In this document: positions 12,883 through 25,700 of the stretch, in pieces
Numbering within the stretch: position 1 is the first letter of the stretch
Layout of the letters: every line of letters starts with the position of its first letter
Assembly (NCBI RefSeq): GCF_020745735.1
Contig: NC_083426.1
Location: forward strand, 39,308,001 to 39,372,000
Reading direction: 5' to 3'
DNA from: Hemiscyllium ocellatum
Lineage: Eukaryota
DNA: 64,000 bases
Program-made: the position numbers and the translations under genes
The notes under the pieces: model-generated
The model's database searches: none
Seen by the model: the letters and a program-made list of their open reading frames with translations, nothing else
Told to the model about the DNA's origin: nothing

Positions 12883-13699
12883 GAGCTGATGTTCCTTAAA
12901 CAGCCCACACTCTCTGCAGATGTAACCACTGTGGATTGCACCAGCATGCATTAGCTCCCATATACTACAGCTACAACACATTGCCCTTCCAGCTACCTCT
13001 ATTCTAATGTAATAAATTAATTTGTATGTTACATATTTTCAAAGTAAATATATTAACTACTCTTCAGCTGCAGTAATGACACCTAATTAGAACCAATTGA
13101 CCAAACCAATAAGAAGTGATCACAATACCCACAATCACCTGTTTCCTGTTCAAGGGACTCTCTGCTGCTGGATTTTAGCTCCTGTTGCCACTACCCTTCT
13201 CACACAGATCTGCTGCTCTCTTTATGAAATTGCTGTCCCTGTTCTCTCATATTGTTTGAGAAGCTGCTGACTCTGTTCTCTCTCACTCTGTATGAGAAGC
13301 ACAAAGTCCTTCTCTCTCTCACTCTTTTAGATGCCAGTGCCCAATTCTAGGTCCTCTCTGCCCCATACCTCTTCCATCAACAGACATAGTATCTCCCTAT
13401 CTCTCCATCCAGACTCCTAATGATTTTGACTGGTGGGTCATAGCAACCAGCATATCCCTTTAACTGTTCACAACAAGCAAGGTGCTAACAGTACACAACC
13501 AGCCTGCACATGCAAAATTCAAAACACAGTGTCCAACATTAAGTGTGATTCCATAATTGGATAATATTTGCTAAAAACTACTGAGTGTGCAAGAAATTAC
13601 ACTGACAATTAATTCTGCATTTTCAGTCAGGCTCTCAATGTGGTGTGCTTCAATATGCTAGAAGCTGTACATATTAATACAGTACAGCCCTGTTCTTTG

Positions 13700-13786
13700 A
13701 TTCCTGAAGAAGGGCTTATGCCCTTCTGCTCCTGCTCCTTGGATGCTGCCTGACCTGCTGCGCTTTTCCAGAAACACATTTTCAGC
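13700..13786 (+). mobile_element. single-arm PLE pLTR insertion with 15-bp TSD
   Basis: Matches the arm at 2790-2883; flanked by CAGCCCTGTTCTTTG at 13685-13699 and 13783-13797. Confidence 0.85.
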
Positions 13787-13928
13787 CCTGTTCTTTGCAG
13801 ACATAAGGGACATGTACACAATGCATCTGTTTCAACCTCAACAAAATTCTCTGGTTCATCTCTCAGGGCATTGTCTTGACAAACAACTTGCCAAGATCAG
13901 AATTCAAACAAACTTAGAAGGGTAACTA

Positions 13929-14642
13929 TATAATGGATCAGACCAGAACCTTCCCCCCTCCACCTCCCCCGCCCCCCCCCAACCCCCAGAATATTTTAAG
14001 AAGGTAACCTAGACCTTAACTTTTTCCTAACTTTGAAAGCAAATATAATTTGCTGTATTCCAGATACAATTTGACTGGTCCAACTATTGGACGTTAAGCA
14101 AAACACAATTTATTTAAACACTATAGTTAAACTACAACAAAAGAAAGAAGGACTTAGAATAACTTAACTCTACTGGAAAACTTAATGGAGTAAGAAAAAC
14201 AATAACAATTACTAATTAACTGTTCCAATATAGTAACAACCCATAACCACACCTCTTGGCATAAAGGCAAATTCAGAAAATAGATTTGTTTCACAAGCAA
14301 ACAAACAGCAGAGAGAAACCCCAGCTTCTAGCTGTAACCAAGAGAGGGAAAAGACAGCTTCCACTTCTACCAAACTCCAGCACCTTCTGCCCTGTTCAGA
14401 TTCCAACAGCAACTGCTTAAAGCTAATCCTAAAACTGAAAAAACTAGAAATTCTAATCTGTGAGAACAGTCACCCCCATTCAGGCTGCTTCTATTGTTCC
14501 AACTTTTTAAATAAACCAAGGCTTCACAAGCTGTTTACTTTACAGGTTTTTCAAGTAGACAGCTCATCACCTCTATTTTAAAGCCTCTCTTTAAAAAAAG
14601 GACAACATTCACCTCTTAAAGCTATAACTGTCGGCCGTCATC
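13929..14642 (-). mobile_element. possible solo LTR-like repeat
   Basis: ~710-bp non-coding block with TG..CA-like ends and a minus-strand AATAAA; no TSD identified. Confidence 0.35.
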
Positions 14643-15839
14643 AAATTGATGCCTTATCCATGGCAATATCTCTACCAGTCACAGTCCATTTGCCAACCAA
14701 TCATACAATATAATTGTTGTTTTTCTTTGCATTTGTATTTCTTTTAAATTGTCCTGATGATGCAAGCTGAAAAGCTTCAAAAAAATTGTCTTCTTTATCC
14801 AGCAATTTATTACACTTGAGGAAAAGGTGTTGATTGGCAAGTCAAATTTCAGTGCTAGTATAATGCCAATTACATAGGCTGTACTTCATATGACTGGATG
14901 ATTGAATCCAATAGCCTGTTGTTCCAGCTCTTCATATAACAGAGTACAAACTATACTAAAACCATCCATACATGCAAAACCCAAAACAAAATAATTACTG
15001 TTAGATGTAATTCCATGATTTGACAACAGTTGCTGAACGATCATGAGTCTGCTAATTAACTTGAACAATTTAGTATTATCAGTCCAGCTTATAAAATGAC
15101 AGTTATACTTGCCAAAAGTGATAGAATTTGTATTTATATACACATTATCTGCAAACAAAAGGAATATGTTCAAGCCATTTACTTTTTAAGAATTATTTTG
15201 AAGCTTGGGGAGCCTACAATAATCTGTCTTGCTTTCTCAATGGCAACTCATCAACCTGCCAACTCATCAATCAGCACCTTTTTCTTCTATGGTACAAATT
15301 GTTCTGACTCTTTTTGAAATTTTGGTATTCTTGTATTTGTCTGGAGGAGTGGAAGAGTAAAATCTTCAACGACATGCCTCTCTATTTTCAACAATATTCA
15401 CATTCTGGATCACCAAGTGACTGATAGCATACATCTCTTTGGGTGATATAACTTATAGATATCTCCGCCAGTGCTCACAGACCCTTAATCAACTTCACTA
15501 CACAGTGTAGAACTTGAATAAAACAGCTTTGTCTTTGTAAAAGTCTCAACATCCGTTGGATTTCCATCATCCACACTTGGTAATTTCTTCCCAAAGTTAA
15601 ACTAACCGTATGATTTCTATCCTTGTTTTCTTGTTGTCCAATGCTTTGATTTGTAAATATCACTTCCTTGCAAAGGGATCATAGGGTAAATTTTCATTTT
15701 ATCTTTCTTTAGCAACTTGCCCACAACTGAAGAACTGTAATTTTCCAAAATAGAGTTGTTTTTTAAATATAGCTTCCCAATCGGCTCCTCCAGTATATGA
15801 ATGTAATTATAGAGTTCAGTAAGCAACGATTCACAGAAC

Positions 15840-16550
15840 ATAAAAACACATAAGAATTAGGAGTGGGCGTAGGCAATTTAGCTGCTTGAGCCTTTTACAC
15901 CATTTATTATAGTCATGGCTGATCTCATCTTAACTCCACTACTTTCCTGCTAGCTCTTCATAACCCTTCAACCCAATACTAATTAAAAATCTATCTTCTC
16001 CTTAAAATTTATTCAATATCCCAGCATCCACTGAACTCTGGGACAGGTGAATTCCACACATTCACGGTTCTTTGAGAGAAGTAATTTCTCCTCATCTCTG
16101 TTTTAAATCTGCTACCCCTTATCCTAAAACTGTGACCTCTCATTCTCGATTGCCCCACATGAGAAAACATCTGCTCGACACCTACTTTGTCAAGCCACTT
16201 TGGCATCTGACATACATCAATTAGATCGCTCATTCCTCAACGCTCCAGAGAGTATCGGCCTAAACTGCTTAATCGCTCTTCAAATGGTAAACCTTCATCT
16301 CTGGAATCTCCTCTGAACTTTAGGATATCTGGTAGGCATGGACGAGTTGGACCAAAGGGGTTGCTTCCATGCTGTAGAACTCAATGACTCTACAACTTCC
16401 TCCAATACAACTCCATTCCTCCTTAAGTAAGGGGAGCAAAATTGCGTGCTATACTCCATGTGTGATCTCACTAAGGCCTTGTACAGCTGCAGCAACACTT
16501 TCCTTCTTTTAGACTCTGACTGTTTAGCAATTAATGCCATTCTTTTCATA
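15840..16550 (-). mobile_element. CR1 3' end fragment
   Basis: LLQLYKALVRSHMEY...; SRMRGHSFRIRGSRFKTEMRRNYFSQRTVNVWN. Confidence 0.85.
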
Positions 16551-16760
16551 GTCCCTATTTATTAGAGAACCGAAAGATAAATGTCATCAGAGCCAGTATC
16601 CAGATCAGTATTAAGAGCATCAATTCTGTAATTTTGCATAATTAGCCCCAAATGCAGTGTTAAGATTAGAGCGTGAAGAACTAACATCATATAATAAATC
16701 ATTTGCCTTATCCATTAGTGCAGTTTAAGGCACTTTTGAAAAGTAGGCAGCAGAGAAGAA

Positions 16761-17615
16761 AGAAAAATCCCACCACCAGAGATATATTTCCCTCCCCACC
16801 CCTTTACGCCTTCCGCAAAGACCATTCCCTCCGTGACTACTTGGTCAGGTCCACGCCCCCCCTACAACCCATCCTCCCATCCTGGCACTTTCCCCTGCCA
16901 CTGCAGGAACTGCAAAACCTGTGCCCACACCTCCTCCCTCACCTCTATCCAAGGCCCTAAAGGACCCTTCCACATCCATCAAAGTTTTACCTGCACACCC
17001 ACTAATATCATTTATTGTATCCGTTGCTCCCAATGCTGTCTCCTCTACATTGGGGAGACTGACGCCTCCTAGCAGAGCGCTTTAGGGAACATCTCCGGGA
17101 CACCCGCACCAATCAACCACACCGCTCCGTGGCCCAACATTTCAACTCCCCCTCTCACTCTGCCGAGGACATGGAGGTCCTGGGCCTCCTTCACCGCCAC
17201 TCCCTCACCACCAGATGTCTGGAGGAAGAACGCCTCATCTTCCGCCTTGGAACACTTCAACTTCAGGGCATCAATGTGGACTTCAACAGTTCCCTCATTT
17301 CCCCTTCCTCCACCTCACCCGAGTTCCAAACTTCCAGCTCAGCACTGTCCCCATGACTTGTCCTACCTGTCTACCTTCTTTTCCACCTATCCACTCCACC
17401 TTCCGCCCACCCCCGACCTATCACCTTCATCCCCTCCCCCACTTACCTATTGCACTCTATGTTACTTTCTCCCCACCCCCACCCTCCTCTAGCTTATCTC
17501 TCCACGTTTCAGGCTTTCTGCATTTATTCCTGATGAAGGGCTTTTGCCCAAAGCATCGATTTTACTGCTCCTCGGATGCTGCCTGAATTGCTGTGCTCTT
17601 CCAGCACCACTAATC
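16761..17615 (+). mobile_element. 5'-truncated Penelope-like element (GIY-YIG endonuclease + pLTR) with 10-bp TSD
   Basis: Frameshifted ORF PGTFPCHCRNCKTC...NIIYCIRCSQCCLLYIGET...RFREH...VAQHFNSPSH...GINVDF; decayed hammerhead core at 17530-17558; CAGAGAAGAA at 16751-16760 and 17616-17625. Confidence 0.92.
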
Positions 17616-18157
17616 CAGAGAAGAATAAAAGCTGAACAGCGACATCTCATGTTTAAAGAATGAACTACAATTGTTCATTACAGCAAACATTCTTTCTTTA
17701 GTTTAGTTACGCTGATGTGATTTTAGTATGGAAGGAAAATGGGCTGAAATCATCACCACAGAATAAAGCCCAATGGAGTGAAAGGGTTAAACTCAAATAC
17801 ACCATTTGAAATGATTTGAATACTAAATATTGCTGGATTACTGGCTCTTGGGACAAGCTACAGATGGTGATGACCTTTATTGGAAAGGGATACTTTTGTC
17901 ACGTGGTTTGATGCCACATTATCAGCTGGAGTTCAAGTCAACAGATGGGCTGAGGAGAAGGCAAAACAAAGAACCAGCCTCAGGATTGAACTTCAAAGCA
18001 ACCGTACCCATTCTACTTTCACACTAAATACAGCTACAGATGGCAATCATAGATACATCAGTTTCCAGTGCCATAGCTTTATTAACATAACTAACATAAG
18101 CTCGTTATGTCTAATGACAGCTATCAGGAGCCAAAGACGAAACAATTATATCCATTA

Positions 18158-18355
18158 CAAAATAAGAGATTGCTGGAAAAGCTCAGCAGGTCCAACAGCG
18201 TGTGTGGAAAGAAATCAGAGTTAACATTTCTGTTCGAGGAAGGATCACTGGACCCAAAATATTAACTCTATAAATGCTGCCAGACCTGCTGAGCTTTTCC
18301 AGTAATTTCTGTTTTTGTTTCTGAGTTACAGCATTCATACTTCTTTCAGTTTTTA
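18158..18355. mobile_element. PLE-derived fold-back element, second subfamily
   Basis: ttgctggaaaagctcagcaggtc ... gacctgctgagcttttccagtaa inverted arms; decayed core gaggaaggatcactggacccaaaa. Confidence 0.75.
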
Positions 18356-19539
18356 TCAAGTATAGCCATTGCGACTTGGTGATGTCAGATTGCTTGATTC
18401 ACCGGCCAATCACCAGAATGGGTGGAGGAAATGCAACTTCAACAATACATCTTTCAGAACCATTAATTTACACAACACAAGGTGAACTTCATTGCTATAG
18501 TGCAGGCTTGGCAAGTGGTATCTAGGATAAGTAAAGGGGCTGTTCGGATTGTTTATTTATCTTGCCCACATAATTTTAGTTTATTTTTAATCTTCAAATT
18601 TATTAAATCAACAGAACATTATGCGATTTCCCTGATGATGTCATGCTAATGAAGTTAAATTACAGCTTTTCAACAAATTCAAAAAGCATTTTGCTAGAGT
18701 TACAAGGGTAATCTTAAAATGGACTCTCACTCAGGAATGTAAATTGGAGGACCAGGCTTGGAGTCAGATGTTCAAACTCCACAATATTTCAACTTTGAGT
18801 CACCTTGGGCATGTTTTGCCCTATGGAGCCACATAACATATGGCTTTTACCAGTTAATATATCAATAGTAACTTGTACATCAATAGCACCTTACAGAAAA
18901 AAACCCAAGGAATTTCACAGAGAAATGCTAGAGGTAAGAAAATATTAATGAAGAATGCTCAAGAACAAAAGAGAATAAGCAGAGCATAAGCAGAGTCAAG
19001 TTTGAAAGTGGGATTTTAAAACTGCTAAACAACATGAAGAGGCGAAGGGGTTCAAAAGAAAGTGCTAGAAATTATGGCCAGCACTCTGGCAGTTGTACAT
19101 AAATAGTGGCATGAAGGAAATAGCAGGAAAACTGGCAGTGGATTGATGGGCAAGAAGAAGAATATATAATAGAGAAAGTTGCTTTCGACATGAAGGGATA
19201 TGAAGATAGTCGGTTTCCAATAATGCAGACAGTGATCATGGGCACCTAGAATGTGAAAGCTGTAGCAAAAAGGGGGGAGAAACAATCACAATAATAGTTC
19301 TATGTGTAATTTCGGTTACATGGATAGGTTGAAGAAGCCGGGGCTGCTCTCTTTGGACAAGAGAGGTTTAACCTGACTTTTGATATTCAAAAATCATAAA
19401 ACGTTTGGACAGAATATACAGTGAGAATTGATTCCCATTGGCAGAGGGATCAAGATACAAGAAACAGGCAAACATGGTTGGTCAATAATTACAAACTTGT
19501 CAGCAGTGTCTAGATCCTTAAGACAATTTGAAAAACTAT

Positions 19540-22500
19540 AACAAAGAACAAAGAAGAACAAAAAAAATTTACAGCTGTGGAACAGGCCCTTCAGCCCTTC
19601 AGCCCTCCAAGCCTGAGCCGATCCAAATGTACTGTATAAACCTGTTGGTCAATTCCTAAGCATTTGTATCCCTCTGCTCCCCACCTACTCATGCATCTGT
19701 CCAGCTGCATCTTAAATGAATCTATCACCTCTGCTGGTAACGCAATCCAAACGCCCACCACCCTCTGTGTGAAGTACTTGCCGCATGTATCCTCTTTAAA
19801 CTTTCCACCCCTCACCTTGAAAGCATGACCTCTTGTTATTGAATCCTTCACCCAGGGAAAAAGCTTGTCTCTATCCACCCTGTCTATACCCTTCATGATT
19901 TTGTAAACTTCAATCAGGCCCCCCCCCCATCTCCTTTTTTCTAGTGAAAATAAACCTAACCAACTCAACCTCTCTTTATAGCTAGCACCTTCCATACCAG
20001 GCAACATCCTCGTAAACCTTCTCTGCACCCTCTCCAAAGCACCCACATCCTTTTGGTAATGTCGCGCCCAGAACTATACACAGTATTCTAAATGCAGCCG
20101 AACCAATGTCTTGTACAATGTTAACATGACTTGCCAGCTCTTATACTGAATACCCTACCTAATGAAGGCAAGCGTAATATATGCCTTCTTGACCACTTTA
20201 TCCACCTGTGCAGCAACCTTCAGGGTACAATGGACCTGCACTCCCAGACCTCTCCACCCATTGTTTCCCAAGGTTCTTCCATTCATTGTATAATTCGCTC
20301 TAGAATTAGATTTGCCTAAATGCATCACCTCACATTTGTCTGGATTGAAAGCCATCTGCCACTTTTCCATCCAACTCTCCAGTCTATCTATGTCCTCCTG
20401 TATTCTCTGACAGTCCTTTATGTTTTTTACTACACCACCAATCTTTGTGTCATCTGCAAACTTGCTGATCATACCAACAGTGCCCTCTTCTAGATCATTT
20501 ATGTATATTACAAACAACAGTGGCCCCAACACTGACCCCTGTGGAACACCACTGGTCACCTTTCTCCATTTCGAGAAACTCCCTTCAACTACTACTCTCT
20601 GTCTCCTGTTGCTCAACCAGTTCTTTATCCACTTAGCTAGAACATCCTGCACACCATGTGACTTCACTTTCTTCATTAGTCTACAATGGGGAACTTTATC
20701 AAAATGCCTTACTAAAGTCTATGTATATGACATCAACAATCCTTCCTTCATCTAACAACTTGGTCACTTCCTCGAAGAACTCTATTAAGTTGGTAAGGTG
20801 TGATCTCCCCCGCACAAAACCATGTTGCCCATCCCCGATAAGCTCATTCCTTTCCAAATATATGTAGATCCTATCTCTCAGTACCCTCTCCAGCAACTTT
20901 CTCACCACCAACGTCAGGCTCACTGGCCTGTAGTTACCCAGAATATCCCTACTACCCTTCTTGTAAAGGGGGACAACATGAGCAACCCTCCAGTCCTCCG
21001 GCACCTCACCTGTATTTAAGGATGCCACAAAGATATCTGTCAGGGCCCCTCAGCAACATGGGATAGATCCCATCCAGTCTTGGGGATTTATCTACCTTAT
21101 TAACTTCTAACATACCCAACACATCTTCCCTACTTATGCCAATGTGATCCAGACTAATCAAACTTCTATCTCTAATCTCAAGATTCATCATGCTCCTCTC
21201 CTCAGTGAACACTGATGCAAAGTAATCATTCAGAATCTCACCCATTCTCTCAGGTTCAGCACACAGCCTTCCTTCATTATCTTTTAGGGGACCAATCCTT
21301 TCTCTAGTTACCCACTTGCTTCTTATATAAGTATAAAATGCTTTGGGATTTTCCTTAATTCTGCTCAGTAAAGCTATTTCATGACCCCTTTTCGCCCGCT
21401 TGATTCCTTGTTTAAGACTTGTCCTATTCTGCCAATATTCCTCCATGGTCCGATTTGTTTTTAGCTGCCTCTACTTTATGTACGCTTCCCTTTTCCTCTT
21501 GGCTAGTTGTACAATTTCTCCTGTCATCCACGGTTCACAAATCTTGCCCTTCCTATCCTTTGCCTTCAACGGGACATGCCTATCCTGCACCATCTTTAAC
21601 CTATCTTTGAAAGCCTCCCACATCTCAAATGTGTACTTCCCTTCAAATAACTGTATCCAATCCACATTTCCGAGCTCCTGCCTAATTTTGATATAATTGG
21701 CCTTGGTCCAGTTTCGTACTCTTCCCTTAGGACCACTCTCTTCTTTATCTACAAGTATTCTAAAACGTACAGAATTGTGGTCAATGTTCCCAAAGAAATC
21801 CCCCACCGCAACTTCTACCACTTGTCCTGGCTTGTTCCCCAGTACTAGGTCCAAATTGGCCCCTTCCCTCGTCGGCCTATTGATATACTGCTCTAGAAAA
21901 CTCTCCTGGATGCTTCATACAAATTCTACTCCATCCAGACCTCTGACGCGAAGTGTATCCCAGTCAATGTTGGGAAAATTAAAATCTCCCATCACCACTA
22001 CCCTATTGCTTCTACATCTATTCATAATCTGTTTACCTATTTGTTCTTCTACCTCACGCTCACTGTTGGGAGGTCTGTAATACAGCCCCAACAATGTAAC
22101 TGCACCCTTATTATTTCTCAGCTCTACCCATTATGCCTCACTACCCAAGACCGCCATAGTGTCCTCCTTTAACACAGCCGTGATATCGTCCCTGACCAGC
22201 AATGCAACTCCACCCCCTCTTTTACTTTCCTCCTTGAACTGTCTGAAGCGTCTATATCCTGGAACATTTAGTTACCAATCATCAGACCCTTCCTTCAACC
22301 AAGTCTCTGTGATTGCAATAATGTCATACTCCCAGGCACCAATCTAAGCCCAAAGTTCATCTGCCTTACACACTAAATTCCTTGTATTAAAGTAGATGCA
22401 TTTCAGGCCACTAGTTCTTTTGCGCTCACCTGCTCTCTGCCTATTCTTCCCTTTATTAATGCTATCTTCATAATTCTCCAGTCTCCAGTCTCCACCTCGC

Positions 22501-23770
22501 TGCCTACTTGTTTTCTCTTCTGGTTCCCAGCCCCCTGCCACATTAGTTTAAAACCTCCCCAACAGCAATAGCAAAAACTCCCCCAAGGACATAGGTTCCG
22601 GTCTGGTCCAGACGTAGACCGTCCCTTTTGTAATAGTCCCCCCTTCCCCAGAAACGGTCCCAATGTCCAACAAATCTGAAGCCGTCCCTCCTACACCATC
22701 TCTCAAGCCACGTGTTCATCCTGCCTATTTTTTTCATTTCTACGCTGGCTAGCACGTGGCACGGGTAGTAATCCTGAGATCACTACCTTTGAGGTCCTCC
22801 TTTTTAACTTCTCTCCTAGCTCCCTGAATTCTTCTTTCAGGACCTCATCTCGCTTTCTACTTATATCGTTGGTGCCTATATGCACCAAGACACTGGCTGT
22901 TCACCCTCCCCTTTTAGAATGCTCTGCAGCCGATCAGTGACATCCCTGACCCGAGCACCTGGGAGGCAACATACCATCCGGGAGTCCCATTTTCGGCAAC
23001 AGAACTGTCTATCTACTCCCCTCACAATAGACTCCCCTATGACTATGACCCAATTAGTCTTTTTCCCGCCCATCTGAACAGCAGTGCCCGCCACGGTGAC
23101 CGATCTTGACAACTGCTGCCCTTCGCCAGTGAGCCATCTCTCCCAACAATATCCAAAACGGTATATCTGTTTCGGAGGGAGATGACCATAGGGGACACCT
23201 GCACTTCCTTCCTAATCTTCTTCTGTCTTTTAGTCACCCATTCACTGTCTCCCTCAGCAATTCTAACCTGCGGTGTGACCAGTTCACTAAGTGTGCTATC
23301 CATGACCACCTCAGCATCGCGGATGCTCCACAGTGAGTCCATCCGCAGTTCCAGAGCCGTCATGCGGTCAAACAACAGCTGCAACTGGACACACGTCTTG
23401 CAAGTGTAAGAGTCAGGAATGTCAGACACATTCCTAAGCTCCCACATCAAGCAAGAGACACACGCCATGGGGCTGAGGTCCCCTGCCATTGTAAGCTTAG
23501 CTTTATATGAACTAACTAAAACCAAACAATGCACTTAAATAAATGAAAAACAAAGATAAGGGTATTTTTCTTTCAGTTAGAGGAGGGGGGGGTGGCAGGA
23601 GGGAGATATTACATGTATAGTATCTTGGGTTTAGCCCCTGCCCAAATATAAATTAAGTCCTTATCTTCCCGGCAGCCCTTGCTTCACTCCTTCTTCTCTC
23701 CTCGCCGCTCTGGCAAAATGGAGGCCCGACTCCCGAGGTAAGTCCCTTTTTATGCGCGAAAACTTACCCT
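19540..23770 (-). mobile_element. near full-length CR1 LINE (ORF1 zinc finger/SGNH esterase; ORF2 APE-RT), frameshifted
   Basis: ORF1 pieces CVSCLMWE..CKTC, VIGESIVRG, HIGTNDI; ORF2 pieces YRPVSLT, YIDFSKAF, SGVPQGSVLGP, KFADDTKI, LERVQRRFTRM, TRGHAFKV; (TTCTTTG)n-like 3' tail at ~19541-19562. Confidence 0.95.
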
Positions 23771-23829
23771 CGAGTTCCATTAGACTTTTCCCTTCCCAGA
23801 ATGGGCGTTACTGTATTCAATGTGTTTTA

Positions 23830-24310
23830 TTATAGATTCATAGTTAAAAGCACAGGAGGCCATTCAGTCCATTGTTTCTGTGTTAGCCAAAGATCTGATT
23901 ACATTAATCTCATTTTCCAGCTTTTGGCTATAACCTTTGAAGCTTTGACAATGCAAGTGAATATCTAAATACTACTTCAATGTTTCTGACTCAATCACCC
24001 TTAATGGCAGCAAGTTCCTGACTCTCATCACCCTCTAGGTGAAAAGATTTCTCTTCAACTCTACCCTAGGCCTTCTAGGTCTTACCTTAAATCTATACCT
24101 CCTGTTCACTGACACCCTATTAAAATGGAGTCTCGCTCAGGAATGTAAATTGGAGGACCAGGCTTGGAGTGTGGATTCCTATCCACTGTAACCATGCTCC
24201 TCCTAATTTTCTATATCTCCATCAAGGCCCCCTTGATTTCCAAAGAAATCAAACCCAGCCTCTCCAATATTTCCACATAGCTCAGAACTTCCACCCCTTG
24301 TAAATCTTAC
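23830..24310 (-). mobile_element. old CR1 3' tail remnant
   Basis: Typical antisense tail (ggaggccattcagtcc...accctctaggtgaaaagatttctc). Confidence 0.6.
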
Positions 24311-24454
24311 ATGACTTTAATGTTAAATATTACCTTATTTCTTTATTTTTCCACTTATACTGTGATGGCCTGTAATACTTAACCTTTTAACATTGTGTCT
24401 CTCCTTTCTTACTTTGTACCTAAGTTTTTTGTACCTAGGTACAAAAAATAGTTC

Positions 24455-25700
24455 TACTTCTCAGGAAGGATGTGCTGACCCTGGAGCGTGTTCAGAGGAG
24501 GTTCACAAGAATGTCCCAAGAATGAAAAGCTTAACATATGAGGAATGTTTGAGGTCTCTGGGTCTATACTTGATGGGGTTTAGAAGGATGGAGGAGGGGG
24601 ATCTAATTGAAACTTACTGGATACAGAGGAACCTCGATTATCCGAACGAGATGGGCGGGCACTATTTCGTTCAGATAATTGATTATTCAGTTAATCGATT
24701 CAATGCCTTAACTCTGGGGCTCTGAGTTTTCTGTTAAGTCTGCTCCCCATTCAGGAGACTAGGCAGCAGCACACAACGCCCGAGCCCCCGCACCTCTGTG
24801 CAATCCTGTCCCCTGTGAATCCCCGCCACCCAACATCACCCTCCTGCCTGCCCCTGTGTGTTCCCATCCAAAACTGCCCCCCACCCCATCCAAATCCACC
24901 CCCGCCTCCTCTCCAGGGCAAACTGGACACCAACAAGACCGCTGCTGCTGCCTTTTGGGAGGGGTGAGTTTCCAAATAGCGTGCACACACACAATCTTTT
25001 ACTGCAACTTTTTGACAGGTTCCACCTTTGCCCTGTACAGACAATGTTGGAGAGATTATCTGGGGAAGGGGGGTTTGGGATACACCCCTGTGTAGAACTC
25101 CAGGGAAAGTGTGGAGTGAAAGCGAGAGGGCGGGAGGTCAATCATTTGGAGACGGTGCCTGGGCTCTCATTGATGTCCAAGACTGTTCTCGGCAGCATGT
25201 CAGTAAACCGAGTTCACTTTTAATTGCTGTAAACAAAAGATGCAATCAGTGTTGGAAACACGTCTTTGATGCAATGTTTCTGTTAGGATCTTGAGATCTT
25301 CTTTGGATAATCCAATATTCAGATAATTGATATTCCGATAATCGAGGTTTCTCTGTACCAAATGGCCTGGACACAGTGGATGTTGGGAAGATGTTTCCAT
25401 TGGTAGGAAAGACTAGGACCTGAGGGCACAGCCTTAGAGTAAAGGGAAGATCTTTTAGAACGGAGATAAGGAGAAATTTCCTCAGCCAGAGAGTTGTGAA
25501 TCTATGGAATTCATTGCCACAGAAGGCTGTGGAGGCCAGGTCATTGAGTATATTTAAGACTGAGATAGATAAGCTCTTGATTGTCAAGGGTTACGAGGAA
25601 ATAGCTGGAAAATGGTGTTGAGAAACTTATCAGTCATGATTGAATGGTGGAGCAGACTTAATGGGCTGAATGGCCTAATTTCTGCTTCTATGTCTTACTG
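24455..25700 (+). mobile_element. CR1 3' fragment interrupted by a MITE
   Basis: MKSLTYEECLRSLGLY...DLIETY continues after 25357 with ggcctggacacagtggatgttgggaagatg. Confidence 0.85.
24624..25355. mobile_element. non-autonomous Tc1/mariner (Tigger/pogo-like) MITE, 732 bp
   Basis: TIRs CAGAGGAACCTCGATTATCCGAA and TTCCGATAATCGAGGTTTCTCTG (21/23); TA duplicated at 24622-23 and 25356-57; subterminal GATAAT repeats; no transposase ORF. Confidence 0.92.

Larger units (their letters stand above)
10390..13340 (-). mobile_element. heavily degraded CR1 LINE interrupted by later insertions
   Basis: ORF2-like remnants at 10390-12000; ORF1 zinc-finger remnant CCSCSIWELMHAGAIHSGYICREC (12880-12981), homologous to 23380-23490; tandem subrepeats at ~13190-13340. 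Confidence 0.65.

Noticed and set aside
14750-14780. CTGATGA...GAAAAGCTT, another possible hammerhead
   Set aside because: Stem II cannot be formed convincingly in this copy; would need a family consensus.
14886-15841. Several 60-95 aa minus-strand ORFs in apparently unique sequence; checked as a possible MGAT4-like or TMEM183 neighbour
   Set aside because: No recognisable motifs, frames interrupted by stops, no consistent splice sites; part overlaps an old repeat (~15240-15400).
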